From Candidatus Enterousia sp. (GTDB lineage Bacteria; Pseudomonadota; Alphaproteobacteria; Rs-D84): a DNA stretch of 64,000 nucleotides. Shown piece by piece: positions 1 through 9,104 of this stretch. The position numbers and the translations under genes are program-made. A model generated the notes under the pieces. It saw only the letters and a program-made list of their open reading frames with translations. It was not told the origin of the DNA and ran no database searches. The DNA lies in NCBI GenBank assembly GCA_045613925.1, contig JAZLBV010000006.1, positions 19,224-83,223 of the forward strand, written 5' to 3'. Numbering within the stretch: position 1 is the stretch's first letter; each line of letters starts with the position of its first letter.

Positions 1-46
1 TTAAAAAGGTCGCCAATATCGCAGAAAGTTGTACAAAGGTTTTGAA

Positions 47-1537
47 ATGATAAAAAAATATTTAATATATTTATCATTTATTTTCTTTGCCACAAATGTT
101 TGTGCGGGATTTGCAGGCGATAGATTATACCGTTTTCCCAATGAAGATTTTGTTTATAAAACTATGATTGATTTTTTTGGCAATCGTTATGTTGATGCCT
201 ATGCGCTTTATTATGACAGATTATCACAAAATAGATTTCTTGGGATAACTGCCGAAGATATCTGGGATATTTGTCAGGCAGGTGGTTTGAACATAGAAAT
301 TATGACCGACAAAGGCAGATGTAATCAATTTAAAAATGAACTTATTAAAGGAAAATACAAATATTATGACGTTTGCAAAAACAAAGGTGTATCAAAGGGA
401 ACAGAACATTGTATAGATGTGTTTTCGGGTATAGAAGTTCAATACGCCCAGGCAAAAAATTTAGCCGCAACCTATGCCAAAGAAAAATTCAATGACAGCA
501 TAATTTGTAATCCGAATATTCGTCCAGAAGTTGTATATGCTAGTTATATGGGGGCGGTAATTTACGAACACGACTATATACAGTGTACATCAGTACAGCA
601 AAAAAATACCTATTACGAATTTGAATTTCGCGATGCAACGGAATCTGATGTTTCAAAAAATCAATATGTGTGGCGTGAATTTGCACGCGGTCTTTGCCTA
701 ATATACGACGGCCAACCGGAACCTGCTCCTTTAAAGGCTCAACAAACGATTCTTGATGAACGTGGACGTGCGGATTTTGATGTAAAATGTAATGGAATTT
801 CATCGTGCGATTGGTTGCAATCAAAAATTAGCCATTTTGGATATAGTGTAAATCCACAGCAAGATACGTGTGTAATATCACATAATCTGGATAACATAGA
901 ACATTCAGACAAAGGTTTTTCCGATGATTATTATGCTTTGTTTGATGGGCATAATTTTACAATATTTTATAAAAACAATGTATTAAAATCGTGGCCGGCT
1001 GTATCTGGTCGTGGAAAAACGCCAAAGGATTCACGTCCTACTATATGTCAAAGACCTGAATATCAATCGTGCGAAAAAGTTGGGCCTATACCGGCTGGGG
1101 AATATTATATCAATCAAAACGATATTGAATATTGGGAAAACATCAAAATAGGAAACTATAATACAAATACTAGAAAAATCGCCATTGGCTCTAGGGGAAT
1201 AGGCGTTCCATATCGCCGTCCAGACCACAGTGAATCGTGGGGTGATGCGCGCGTGTTGCTGAATCCTTTTGATGAAACAAATCTTTACGGACGTAAACCA
1301 GATATGTATATTCACGGCGGAGATTATGCCGGCAGCGCAGGCTGTATAGATTTAATTGGTCGCATTATGGATTTTATGAATTGGTTTGATGTCCAGACAG
1401 ATTTTTCATCACTAAAGGTTATTGTTGATTATGGTTCAAATGTAAATGTTTGCAAATATTGTGATGAAAACGAACCGTGCTATCCGTGCCGTTGTATCAA
1501 AGACGAAGAAGTCGAAGAAAAATGCGAATACACATAA
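47..1537 (+). CDS. secreted protein with C-terminal Tlde1/DUF2778-like (L,D-transpeptidase-fold) domain
   Basis: ORF 29..1537. The ATG at 47 gives a signal-like N-terminus (MIKKYLIYLSFIFFATNVCAG). The C-terminal GPIPAGEYYI ... MYIHGGDYAGSAGCIDL resembles the HGG..S.GC catalytic signature of YkuD/Tlde1-type domains. The tail is Cys-rich. Confidence 0.55.
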   Translation: MIKKYLIYLSFIFFATNVCAGFAGDRLYRFPNEDFVYKTMIDFFGNRYVDAYALYYDRLSQNRFLGITAEDIWDICQAGGLNIEIMTDKGRCNQFKNELIKGKYKYYDVCKNKGVSKGTEHCIDVFSGIEVQYAQAKNLAATYAKEKFNDSIICNPNIRPEVVYASYMGAVIYEHDYIQCTSVQQKNTYYEFEFRDATESDVSKNQYVWREFARGLCLIYDGQPEPAPLKAQQTILDERGRADFDVKCNGISSCDWLQSKISHFGYSVNPQQDTCVISHNLDNIEHSDKGFSDDYYALFDGHNFTIFYKNNVLKSWPAVSGRGKTPKDSRPTICQRPEYQSCEKVGPIPAGEYYINQNDIEYWENIKIGNYNTNTRKIAIGSRGIGVPYRRPDHSESWGDARVLLNPFDETNLYGRKPDMYIHGGDYAGSAGCIDLIGRIMDFMNWFDVQTDFSSLKVIVDYGSNVNVCKYCDENEPCYPCRCIKDEEVEEKCEYT

Positions 1538-1544
1538 AAACAAA

Positions 1545-1571
1545 AAACCGTCGAATTCGACGGTTTTTTAT
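1545..1571. terminator. bidirectional intrinsic terminator hairpin
   Basis: accgtcgaattcgacggt stem-loop flanked by an A-run and a T-run, between convergent genes. Confidence 0.7.
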
Positions 1572-1574
1572 ATC

Positions 1575-1781
1575 TTAGAATCCGAAAACCATACGTTGTT
1601 TGGATTGACGTTTCTTTTCGTTGCGAACCGCTTCTTCCTTTAAACGTTTACGTTTCGTAGTTGGTTTTTCGAAACGTTGGCGTTCTTTCATTTCGCGATA
1701 AAGGCCTTCTTTTTGCGATTTACGTTTTGCGACACGCAAAGCCTGTTCAACGTTATTATCACGAACCAAAACTTTTACCAT
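1575..1781 (-). CDS. rpsU: 30S ribosomal protein S21
   Basis: [46 protein letters not shown] is typical S21. The ATG at 1781 is preceded by an AAAGGGGG RBS. Confidence 0.9.
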   Translation of the reverse strand: MVKVLVRDNNVEQALRVAKRKSQKEGLYREMKERQRFEKPTTKRKRLKEEAVRNEKKRQSKQRMVFGF

Positions 1782-1821
1782 ATTGTTATTCACCCCCTTT
1801 GGCGAATGTTAGTTTATTTTC

Positions 1822-1897
1822 TGGTGGAGCTGATCAGGCTCGAACTGACGACCCCCTGCTTGCAAAGCAGGTGCTCTACCAACTGAGCTACAACCCC
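1822..1897 (-). tRNA. tRNA-Ala (anticodon UGC)
   Basis: Reverse complement GGGGTTGTAGCTCAGTTGGTAGAGCACCTGCTTTGCAAGCAGGGGGTCGTCAGTTCGAGCCTGATCAGCTCCACCA. It has the G3:U70 pair, anticodon loop UUUGCAA and an encoded CCA. Confidence 0.95.
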
Positions 1898-1961
1898 AGA
1901 ACTTTGCACATTTCTATCGAAAGCCAGCATATTTTATATATTTATTTTCCGAAAGTCAATA

Positions 1962-2780
1962 TTATTTTTTCACGTGAACATCCATTTGTGGAAACGGGAA
2001 GTTTAATTTTTGCTTTGGAAATTCGGTGTATATTTTTTCTAAAACATCTGCCCGCACAGCCAACAAATCAGCAAAACTGGTCCAATAGCGTACGGTTAGT
2101 GTAACAGCACTATCATCTAAAGATGACAAAAATACTTCTGGTTCTGGCTTTTTCAGAACACGTTTGTCATTTTTTAATATCTTCTGTGCCACATCACGAG
2201 CTTTTTCGATATTATCCCCATATGATATAGCCACATTTATATCGGTTCTGCGGTTTTCACCTTGGGAAAGATTTGTTATCACGCCATTAGACAATGCACC
2301 ATTTGGCAGAAAAACAACCTGGTTATCAAAAGTATTTATTTGTGTTGTGAAAATCATAATTTTTTTGACTATACCTGTTTTACCGTCAGCTGTTATAATA
2401 GCATCACCCACGCGAAACGGTTTAAAAAATAAAATTACCATACCACCTGCGAAATTCTGCAAAGTCCCAGACAAAGCCATACCGACCGCCAATGACGCCG
2501 CCCCCAACACAGCGACAATAGATGTCATTTGCACGCCCAGAGTTGTTAAAATAACGATAATAACAAAAACTTTTAATGTAACATTTAAAAATGACACTAT
2601 GAAAGAATTAAGCGACGGTTCAACATTATGTTTTTTCATACCAAAACCGATTGAAGCAACGATTTTTCTTACCAACCAAAAACCAATTATCCATATAGCA
2701 ATCGCGGCAATTAATTTCATACCAAAATCGGCCACTATGCCACCCAAAGTTGTTATCAAAGAATTAATAGTTGCATTCAT
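1962..2780 (-). CDS. small-conductance mechanosensitive channel (MscS family)
   Basis: 272 aa with N-terminal TM helices followed by a PFRVGDAI..GKTGIVKKI..TTQI MscS beta-domain pattern. Confidence 0.8.
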   Translation of the reverse strand: MNATINSLITTLGGIVADFGMKLIAAIAIWIIGFWLVRKIVASIGFGMKKHNVEPSLNSFIVSFLNVTLKVFVIIVILTTLGVQMTSIVAVLGAASLAVGMALSGTLQNFAGGMVILFFKPFRVGDAIITADGKTGIVKKIMIFTTQINTFDNQVVFLPNGALSNGVITNLSQGENRRTDINVAISYGDNIEKARDVAQKILKNDKRVLKKPEPEVFLSSLDDSAVTLTVRYWTSFADLLAVRADVLEKIYTEFPKQKLNFPFPQMDVHVKK

Positions 2781-2934
2781 AATTGTTTCCTTTTGTTTTT
2801 TTCAGAATAAATTTACACAAAAATTATCGGTTTATACAAGCGGAAAAAAATTTTTACCTGAAAAGCTGATATTTCTTGACAAATAAATCAATCGTATTAG
2901 TATGTAAACACAACAAGAATATAAGGAATTTAAA

Positions 2935-3609
2935 ATGACGTATAATCGTTCACAAATCGCAGAAATTGTAAAACAACAAATCAAAAGCAATTGTAAATCT
3001 CCTAGTCTTATTGATTCACTTGATTTAACAAAGCACAGTTTAGCTTATTTGGGTTTTGAACAAAATGATGTTTTTGACCTTGTCTTACAAATAGAAGATG
3101 TCCTTGGTGTTTCTTTTGATGACAAAGATTTTAAGAAAAAATATTCAGATATTACGTTTAACGATATTGTTGACATAGCAACCAAAAAATACAATCGGAA
3201 AATGAATCGTTCTGAATCAATCGGAAATACAAAACCAGTATCCGGACAAGGTAAAATCATTAATTACGCAACTATAGAACAATCTGTAAGAAATGTATTT
3301 GGTGCCTATGGCATTACAGATAAACAAATTGTTCCAACAAAATCTTTGAAATCGTTTAATTTTGATTTTATGGATGCCTTAGATTTGATGGCTGATTTAG
3401 AACACGAGTTTAATCTGCCTTTGAATCATATAAGCGGCAAAATCGAGAAAAAGTATCAACCAAAAGCAAAAAGATTTATTAACGGAATTTACGATTTTTA
3501 TAGCGAAGCTTCTTATAACGATATAATAAATATCTTGTGTGAAAAGTTCAAAATTGTAAGACCACAGGCCTTTATTGTTAAAGCTTTGATTGATTCAAAA
3601 ACGATTTAA
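2935..3609 (+). CDS. tandem acyl-carrier-protein-like domain protein lacking both phosphopantetheine serines
   Basis: Two ACP-like helical units. LGFEQNDVFDLVLQIEDVLGV and FNFDFMDALDLMADLEHEFNL align to the ACP motif LGADSLDTVELVMALEEEF, with the DS serine replaced by N and F. Confidence 0.5.
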   Translation: MTYNRSQIAEIVKQQIKSNCKSPSLIDSLDLTKHSLAYLGFEQNDVFDLVLQIEDVLGVSFDDKDFKKKYSDITFNDIVDIATKKYNRKMNRSESIGNTKPVSGQGKIINYATIEQSVRNVFGAYGITDKQIVPTKSLKSFNFDFMDALDLMADLEHEFNLPLNHISGKIEKKYQPKAKRFINGIYDFYSEASYNDIINILCEKFKIVRPQAFIVKALIDSKTI

Positions 3610-3626
3610 TAAAATAAAAAACAAAA

Positions 3627-3656
3627 CACCCCGCATTCAAAGCGGGGTATTTTTTT
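3627..3656. terminator. bidirectional intrinsic terminator hairpin
   Basis: accccgc-attcaaa-gcggggt stem-loop followed by a T-run, between convergent genes. Confidence 0.7.
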
Positions 3657-3669
3657 ATCATATATCATT

Positions 3670-5727
3670 TTATTTTACAGTTAATTCTTTGCCGTGAACG
3701 TCAACATCAACGGTTGAACCTTCGCCTATGGCACCAGATAATATCAAATCAGCGATTTTATCTTCCACAGCGGTTGTAATTAAACGCTTTAGTGGACGTG
3801 CGCCAAAGACTGCATCATATCCATTATCGCCCAACCATTTAATTGCCGCATCAGACACATGCATTGATATTTGTCGTTCGCCTAACCGTTTTTCTAATAT
3901 CTTCAATTGGATTTTTACTATGTCCCCCATAACATCTTTGCCCAATTGATTAAAGAATACTATTTCGTCGATTCGGTTGATAAATTCAGGTCTGAATTGT
4001 TTTTTCACTGCATCCATAGATGGCAAATTACTTGTCATTATGATAATAGTATTTGTGAAATTTACTATGCGACCCTGACCATCTGTTAATCGACCGTCAT
4101 CCAATATCTGTAAAAAGACATTAAATACATCTGGATATGCCTTTTCAATTTCATCAAACAATAAAACCTGATATGGTCTGCGACGTACAGATTCTGTCAA
4201 TTCCCCACCTGATTCATATCCCACGTATCCCGGAGGTGCCCCAATTAAACGCGCAACTGAATGCGGTTCCATATATTCAGACATATCTATACGTGTCATT
4301 GCTGTATCATCGTTAAACAAATATTGCGCCAAGGCTTTTGCTACCTCTGTCTTGCCAACGCCGGTAGGCCCCAAGAACATAAAAGAACCAGATGGACGAT
4401 GCGGATCAGACAACCCAGCACGCGAACGACGGATAGCGCGCGCAACAACTGACAATGCGTGATCTTGACCAACAACACGCTTACGAAGTTCGTCTTCGAT
4501 GTTTAATAATTTGGATTGTTCTTCAATCGACAATCTGTCTGCTGGAACCCCAGTCCATTTACTTACCACTGCCGCGATATGTTCTGGCAACACAGTTTTA
4601 TATTCTTTGGATTCGGTATTTTGTTTTTTGATTTTTTCTTCTAATTCTGGGATTTTACCGTATTGCAAAGCTGATGCTTTTTCATAATCCCCATTACGCA
4701 TAGCGATTGCAACTTCTGCCCGTGCTGCATCCAAAGCCGCCATAGAATCGGAAAGTCCGCGCATTTTTTCTTGTTCGTCTTTCCATTCGGCTGTCATTTT
4801 ATCGGATTCGTTTTGCAGTTTCGCAATTAAAGATTCCAAATCTTTTAACCGTTTTTGGGATTCGGTATCTTTTTCTTTTTTCAATGCCTGTTGTTCTATT
4901 TTTAATTGCATTAAATGACGATCTAATTCATCCAATTTTTCCGGCTTAGACGCTATTTCAATACGAACACGCGCAGCAGCTTCATCAATTAAATCAATTG
5001 CTTTGTCTGGTAAAAATCTGTCTGTGATATAACGATTAGACAATTTAACTGCCGCAACCAGCGCAGCATCCGCAATACGAACACCGTGATGTCCTTCGTA
5101 TTTATCTTTTAAACCACGCAATATGGATATAGTATCTTCAACCGTCGGTTCGTCCACATATACAGGTTGAAAACGACGTGCCAATGCAGGATCTTTTTCA
5201 ATATACTGACGATATTCATCTAAAGTTGTTGCACCTACACAATGTAATTCTCCGCGTGCCAACATAGGTTTTAATAAATTGCCAGCATCCATAGAACCTT
5301 CACCTTTACCTGCACCAACCATAGTATGCAATTCATCTATGAATAAAATAATTTCACCGTTTGAATCTTTAACAGCTTTAAGAATCGCTTTAAGACGTCC
5401 TTCGAATTGGCCACGAAACATTGCACCTGCCATCAAAGCGCCCATATCCAACGACAACAATTTTTTATTTAATAAATTCTCTGGCATATCACCAGATACA
5501 ATCCGCTGGGCCAAACCTTCTACTATAGCAGTTTTACCAACCCCAGGATTTCCAATTAACACAGGATTATTCTTGGTGCGACGTGACAAAACCTGAATCG
5601 TTCTGCGAATTTCTTCTTCACGTCCGATAACAGGGTCTAATTTTCCGTCTGCCGCCAATTTTGTAAAATCTGTTGTATATTTTTCAATTGCCTGTTGCGG
5701 TGTTTCTTGAACTTCTTCTGGATTCAT
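3670..5727 (-). CDS. clpB: ClpB-type AAA+ disaggregase lacking the N-terminal domain
   Basis: Two AAA+ modules ([18 protein letters not shown]; [17 protein letters not shown]) flank a coiled-coil middle region. The likely start is MNPEEVQ at 5727. The first Walker A begins about 60 aa from that start. Confidence 0.85.
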   Translation of the reverse strand: MNPEEVQETPQQAIEKYTTDFTKLAADGKLDPVIGREEEIRRTIQVLSRRTKNNPVLIGNPGVGKTAIVEGLAQRIVSGDMPENLLNKKLLSLDMGALMAGAMFRGQFEGRLKAILKAVKDSNGEIILFIDELHTMVGAGKGEGSMDAGNLLKPMLARGELHCVGATTLDEYRQYIEKDPALARRFQPVYVDEPTVEDTISILRGLKDKYEGHHGVRIADAALVAAVKLSNRYITDRFLPDKAIDLIDEAAARVRIEIASKPEKLDELDRHLMQLKIEQQALKKEKDTESQKRLKDLESLIAKLQNESDKMTAEWKDEQEKMRGLSDSMAALDAARAEVAIAMRNGDYEKASALQYGKIPELEEKIKKQNTESKEYKTVLPEHIAAVVSKWTGVPADRLSIEEQSKLLNIEDELRKRVVGQDHALSVVARAIRRSRAGLSDPHRPSGSFMFLGPTGVGKTEVAKALAQYLFNDDTAMTRIDMSEYMEPHSVARLIGAPPGYVGYESGGELTESVRRRPYQVLLFDEIEKAYPDVFNVFLQILDDGRLTDGQGRIVNFTNTIIIMTSNLPSMDAVKKQFRPEFINRIDEIVFFNQLGKDVMGDIVKIQLKILEKRLGERQISMHVSDAAIKWLGDNGYDAVFGARPLKRLITTAVEDKIADLILSGAIGEGSTVDVDVHGKELTVK

Positions 5728-5893
5728 TTTTGATTCCTTTTTGATTTGTTTTTTCTTGTGCTTTTTATATAGTCGCATTTTTTTTAAATTCAAGCCATCG
5801 GACAATAAACCCAACAGATTCAAATTATAAATTGTATTGCGCAAATTTCTTTTTTAGTCTAGAATCAAAGGGAATATAATCAAAAGGTCTACA

Positions 5894-7342
5894 ATGATTT
5901 TTTCAGACAAAGATATTAAACAAATAAAAAACCACGGATTAAGCCTGGATGAAGTTAACGCACAAATAGAAAACTTTAATACAGGTTTTCCTGTTTTAGA
6001 TATTGTAAAACCTGCAGTTGCAGGCGATGGTGTCATACGGTGTACCCCGTTGGATTGTGAAAGATATATTGATACATATGAAAAATATGCTTTGTCTCAT
6101 AAAATTGTGAAATTTGTTCCTGCGTCTGGGGCTGCGACACGTATGTTCAAAGATTTGTTCGATTTTATCGCAACAAATATGCCAAATACGGTATCCAGAA
6201 TGACCGCAAATAATATTACAAAGTTCGCTTTTTGGGATGATTTAAAACAATATTTGCCGCAAAATGCATCTGATATGAATATCGCAGAATGTATTGTGAC
6301 CGCTTCAGGACTAAATTACGGCAATTATCCAAAAGGTCTTATCAAATTCCATAAATACCCAGAATATACAAGAACCCCTGTCGAAGAGCATCTTGACGAA
6401 GGCGCACAATACGCGATGTCTGGACGATCTGTGAATATTCATTTCACTATATCCCCAGAATATAGGGCTGGGTTCGAAGCTTTAATCAACAGCGTAATTC
6501 CGCAATATGAATCCAAATATGGTATGAAATACAACGTATCATTGTCAGAACAAAAATCATCTACGGATACAATTGCACTTCAAATGGATAAAAAACCGTT
6601 CAGAAACCCGGATGGCTCTTTGTTGTTCAGACCTGCGGGACATGGGGCTTTGATTGAAAATCTTAATGAAATTGATGCAGATTTGGTATTTATAAAAAAT
6701 ATTGATAATGTGATAATTGAACCTTTGCGTGGCGATACAATAAAACATAAAAAAATGTTGGCGGGGATGCTGGTTGACGTTCAAAAACAAATCTTTGATT
6801 TTGTTTCATATATAGATTCCGGCATAAATGTTGATACGGACAGAATCCATAATTTCATTGTCAATAATATCGGAATAAAATTAAAGAATAAATTGTCTTT
6901 GGGTGAATATAGAAATATTTTAAATCGCCCATTACGTGTTTGTGGCATGGTGAAAAATACTGGCGCACCAGGCGGTGGCCCGTTCTGGGTTCGTGAAAAT
7001 AATGATGTTATTAGTTTGCAGATTCTTGAATCCAGTCAAATTCCCAAAGATTCTAAAAACATGATGGACAGTGCTGAATATTTTAATCCTGTGGATTTAG
7101 TATGCGGCATCAAAGATTTCAGAAATGGAAAATTTAATCTTGCAGATTTCATTGATGGCAAGGCTGGTTTTATATCTGAAAAATCCAGAAACGGTATCGC
7201 GTTATTGGCAATGGAAAAACCGGGTTTGTGGAACGGTGCAATGGCAAAATGGAACACTATATTTGTAGAGGTTCCTGCTGATACATTTACGCCAGTAAAG
7301 GTTGTAACTGATTTATTATTGCCACCACATCAACCAAAATAA
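5894..7342 (+). CDS. DUF4301-like / UDP-sugar pyrophosphorylase-related protein
   Basis: 482 aa. KFVPASGAATRMFKDLF and RPAGHGALIENLN are reminiscent of UDPGP-type nucleotidyltransferases. The family assignment is from memory only. Confidence 0.4.
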   Translation: MIFSDKDIKQIKNHGLSLDEVNAQIENFNTGFPVLDIVKPAVAGDGVIRCTPLDCERYIDTYEKYALSHKIVKFVPASGAATRMFKDLFDFIATNMPNTVSRMTANNITKFAFWDDLKQYLPQNASDMNIAECIVTASGLNYGNYPKGLIKFHKYPEYTRTPVEEHLDEGAQYAMSGRSVNIHFTISPEYRAGFEALINSVIPQYESKYGMKYNVSLSEQKSSTDTIALQMDKKPFRNPDGSLLFRPAGHGALIENLNEIDADLVFIKNIDNVIIEPLRGDTIKHKKMLAGMLVDVQKQIFDFVSYIDSGINVDTDRIHNFIVNNIGIKLKNKLSLGEYRNILNRPLRVCGMVKNTGAPGGGPFWVRENNDVISLQILESSQIPKDSKNMMDSAEYFNPVDLVCGIKDFRNGKFNLADFIDGKAGFISEKSRNGIALLAMEKPGLWNGAMAKWNTIFVEVPADTFTPVKVVTDLLLPPHQPK

Positions 7343-7418
7343 TGCAAAAATAAAATCAGGACTTGACTTTTTACAATTTATATTATAAATTATTGCCCAG
7401 TAATTAAAGGATTTAGAT

Positions 7419-7793
7419 ATGCCTCGTGTATGTAAAGTAACTGGAAAAAAAACAATGGTAGGAATGAACGTTTCGCATTCTGAACGTCATACGAAGCGCA
7501 CATTTTTGCCAAATTTACAAAAATTATCCTTCCACAGTGATGCTTTGGCACGCGATTTCAGTTTGCGTATTTCGACTGCTGGGTTGCGTACATTGACAAA
7601 GCACGGTGGATTGGATGAATATGTTATGTCAAAACCTATATCGCGTTTGACACCTGAAATGGCTGCAATTAAGAAGGCCATTGAAAAGAAACAAGGCAAA
7701 GCTGCAAAACCTGCAAAAAAACCGGTTCATAAACCGACACGCAGTGCACGCCTTGTCAAAAAGGTTGAATCCAAGAAAGCGGCCGCTAAATAA
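7419..7793 (+). CDS. rpmB: 50S ribosomal protein L28 with Lys/Ala-rich C-terminal extension
   Basis: MPRVCKVTGKKTMVGMNVSHSERHTKRTFLPNLQ is the L28 core. About 45 extra K/A-rich residues follow at the C-terminus. Confidence 0.9.
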   Translation: MPRVCKVTGKKTMVGMNVSHSERHTKRTFLPNLQKLSFHSDALARDFSLRISTAGLRTLTKHGGLDEYVMSKPISRLTPEMAAIKKAIEKKQGKAAKPAKKPVHKPTRSARLVKKVESKKAAAK

Positions 7794-7815
7794 TCTGGCT
7801 GTTTGATTGTGTCCT

Positions 7816-7900
7816 GGCTCTGTGGCGGAACTGGTAGACGCGCTTGACTCAAAATCAAGTTCTGCAAGGAGTATCGGTTCGATTCCGATCAGAGCCACCA
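7816..7900 (+). tRNA. tRNA-Leu (anticodon CAA)
   Basis: GGCTCTG acceptor stem pairs with CAGAGCC. Anticodon loop is CUCAAAA. It has a long variable arm, a TTCGATT T-loop and an encoded CCA. Confidence 0.95.
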
Positions 7901-7908
7901 AAAATAAA

Positions 7909-7930
7909 ATGCCCTTTTGGGCATTTTTTG
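7909..7930 (+). terminator. intrinsic terminator
   Basis: atgccc-tttt-gggcat hairpin followed by a T-run after tRNA-Leu. Confidence 0.7.
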
Positions 7931-8035
7931 TTTTTCAAGTATCTTCTTTACCGTAATTATTTCAATTTATTAAAATAACATTGATTTTTGCGCACACTGT
8001 AATACACTGTCAAATAACCAAACAAAGGATTTTCA

Positions 8036-8599
8036 ATGAATTTTATCAAAACAGATATAGATGGTGTTGTTATTATTGAACCAAGAATATTTCCTGATTC
8101 GCGTGGATATTTTTTTGAAAGCTATAACGAACAAGAATTTATAAAAAACGGTATTCCGAATCGCTTTGTCCAAGATAACCAATCAAAATCATCATACGGT
8201 GTTGTGCGTGGTTTGCATTGCCAATTAGTTGCACAAGCCCAGGCTAAATTAGTTCGCGTATTGCAGGGCAAAGTTTTAGACGTCGCAGTTGATGTTCGCA
8301 AAGGTTCCCCAACCTTTGGAAAACACGTTGCCGTTGAATTATCCGACGAGAATATGCGACAATTGTTTATACCACGCGATTTTCTGCACGGATTTTCCGT
8401 TTTAAGCGACACCGCTGTTTTCGCCTATAAGGTAGACAATTTTTATAACAAAGAATCAGAATTTGGAATTCGTTATAATGACCCTGAAATCAATGTAAAT
8501 TGGCGTGTTCCTGTGAACAAAATAATAACGTCAGACAAAGACAGAATCGCAAATAGTTTGCAGGATTTGATAATAAAAAACTATCAATTTGAAAAATAG
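8036..8599 (+). CDS. rfbC: dTDP-4-dehydrorhamnose 3,5-epimerase
   Basis: DGVVIIEPRIFPDSRGYFFESYN ... VRGLHCQ ... GKVLDVAVDVRKGSPTFG is the RmlC cupin signature. Confidence 0.85.
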   Translation: MNFIKTDIDGVVIIEPRIFPDSRGYFFESYNEQEFIKNGIPNRFVQDNQSKSSYGVVRGLHCQLVAQAQAKLVRVLQGKVLDVAVDVRKGSPTFGKHVAVELSDENMRQLFIPRDFLHGFSVLSDTAVFAYKVDNFYNKESEFGIRYNDPEINVNWRVPVNKIITSDKDRIANSLQDLIIKNYQFEK

Positions 8600-8610
8600 G
8601 AAAAAAATAT

Positions 8611-8639
8611 TTGTAAAATCAATAAAAAACAGCTATAAC
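8611..8639 (+). promoter_or_regulatory. candidate sigma70 promoter for the TR-containing RNA
   Basis: TTGTAA (8611-8616), a 17-nt spacer, then TATAAC (8634-8639), immediately after the rfbC stop. Confidence 0.4.
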
Positions 8640-8645
8640 ACTTAT

Positions 8646-9100
8646 AAGGCAACAAAGTTTCCACGCCAAAACGTGGAAAAGGTCGCATTGTCGTACAGTT
8701 GTGTGTAGCGGTTTACGAGGCAGTTTTCTTGCGGTTTCGTTGTGGGTGTTCAACAACTCGAACAGCTCTACGTCCGAATGTGCGTCGAATTGCACGAACA
8801 ACTGTGGCAACAACGTCCAGAACAACTCGGACTTTCGCGCCGGCCTCTTCGGCTCTGTCGCTCCTTTGAAGGTGATAACTTTGACCAAAGGACAAAGTTT
8901 GGCTAACCTGCAGGACAAAGTGTAGATATAGACACTTTTCGGGTGTCAAGAAAACGACATCTGTTTTAAGGCCTTTCACATCAAAGGCGGGACGGTGTGA
9001 CCTGTCTTAACAAGACGAATACAAAACGCAGGGGATGTCTGGACTAGTAGTTTGCTCTGTATCACGACGAACGTCCTGGATATCCGATTAAACAAAGGAC
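8646..9100 (+). ncRNA. candidate DGR template RNA (TR plus structured spacer)
   Basis: About 450 nt that is markedly GC-richer than its surroundings, with no convincing CDS. Hairpins at 8658-8679 (tttccacg/cgtggaaa), about 8931-8947 (gacac/gtgtc) and ccttt/aaagg near 8970-8985. It lies directly upstream of ORF108 and the RT. Confidence 0.5.
8701..8870 (+). other. template-repeat (TR)-like segment; AAC-rich core at 8752-8826
   Basis: In the open frame starting at 8701, codons 18-42 hold 9 AAC and 1 AAT (FNNSNSSTSECASNCTNNCGNNVQNNSDFRAGL). The true boundaries cannot be set without a VR. Confidence 0.55.
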
Positions 9101-9104
9101 AAAT

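Noticed and set aside
1661-2104. Plus-strand ORFs 1661..2104 and 1677..1886.
   Set aside because: They overlap rpsU (antisense), tRNA-Ala and the mscS 3' end, so they are not credible genes.
8036-8599. Solitary rmlC (rfbC) without rmlA, rmlB or rmlD, considered as part of the DGR locus.
   Set aside because: It is separated from the cassette by the cassette's own promoter and there is no functional link. The partner genes may simply lie elsewhere in the genome.
8701-8925. 74-aa plus-strand ORF, and minus-strand ORFs 8619..8918 and 8713..8979, in the GC-rich segment upstream of the RT.
   Set aside because: They have no RBS or plausible start (GTG at 8701) and no room for a full target protein after rfbC. 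The open frame is better explained as the reading frame inherited by a DGR template repeat. The minus-strand ORFs are GC-driven artefacts.
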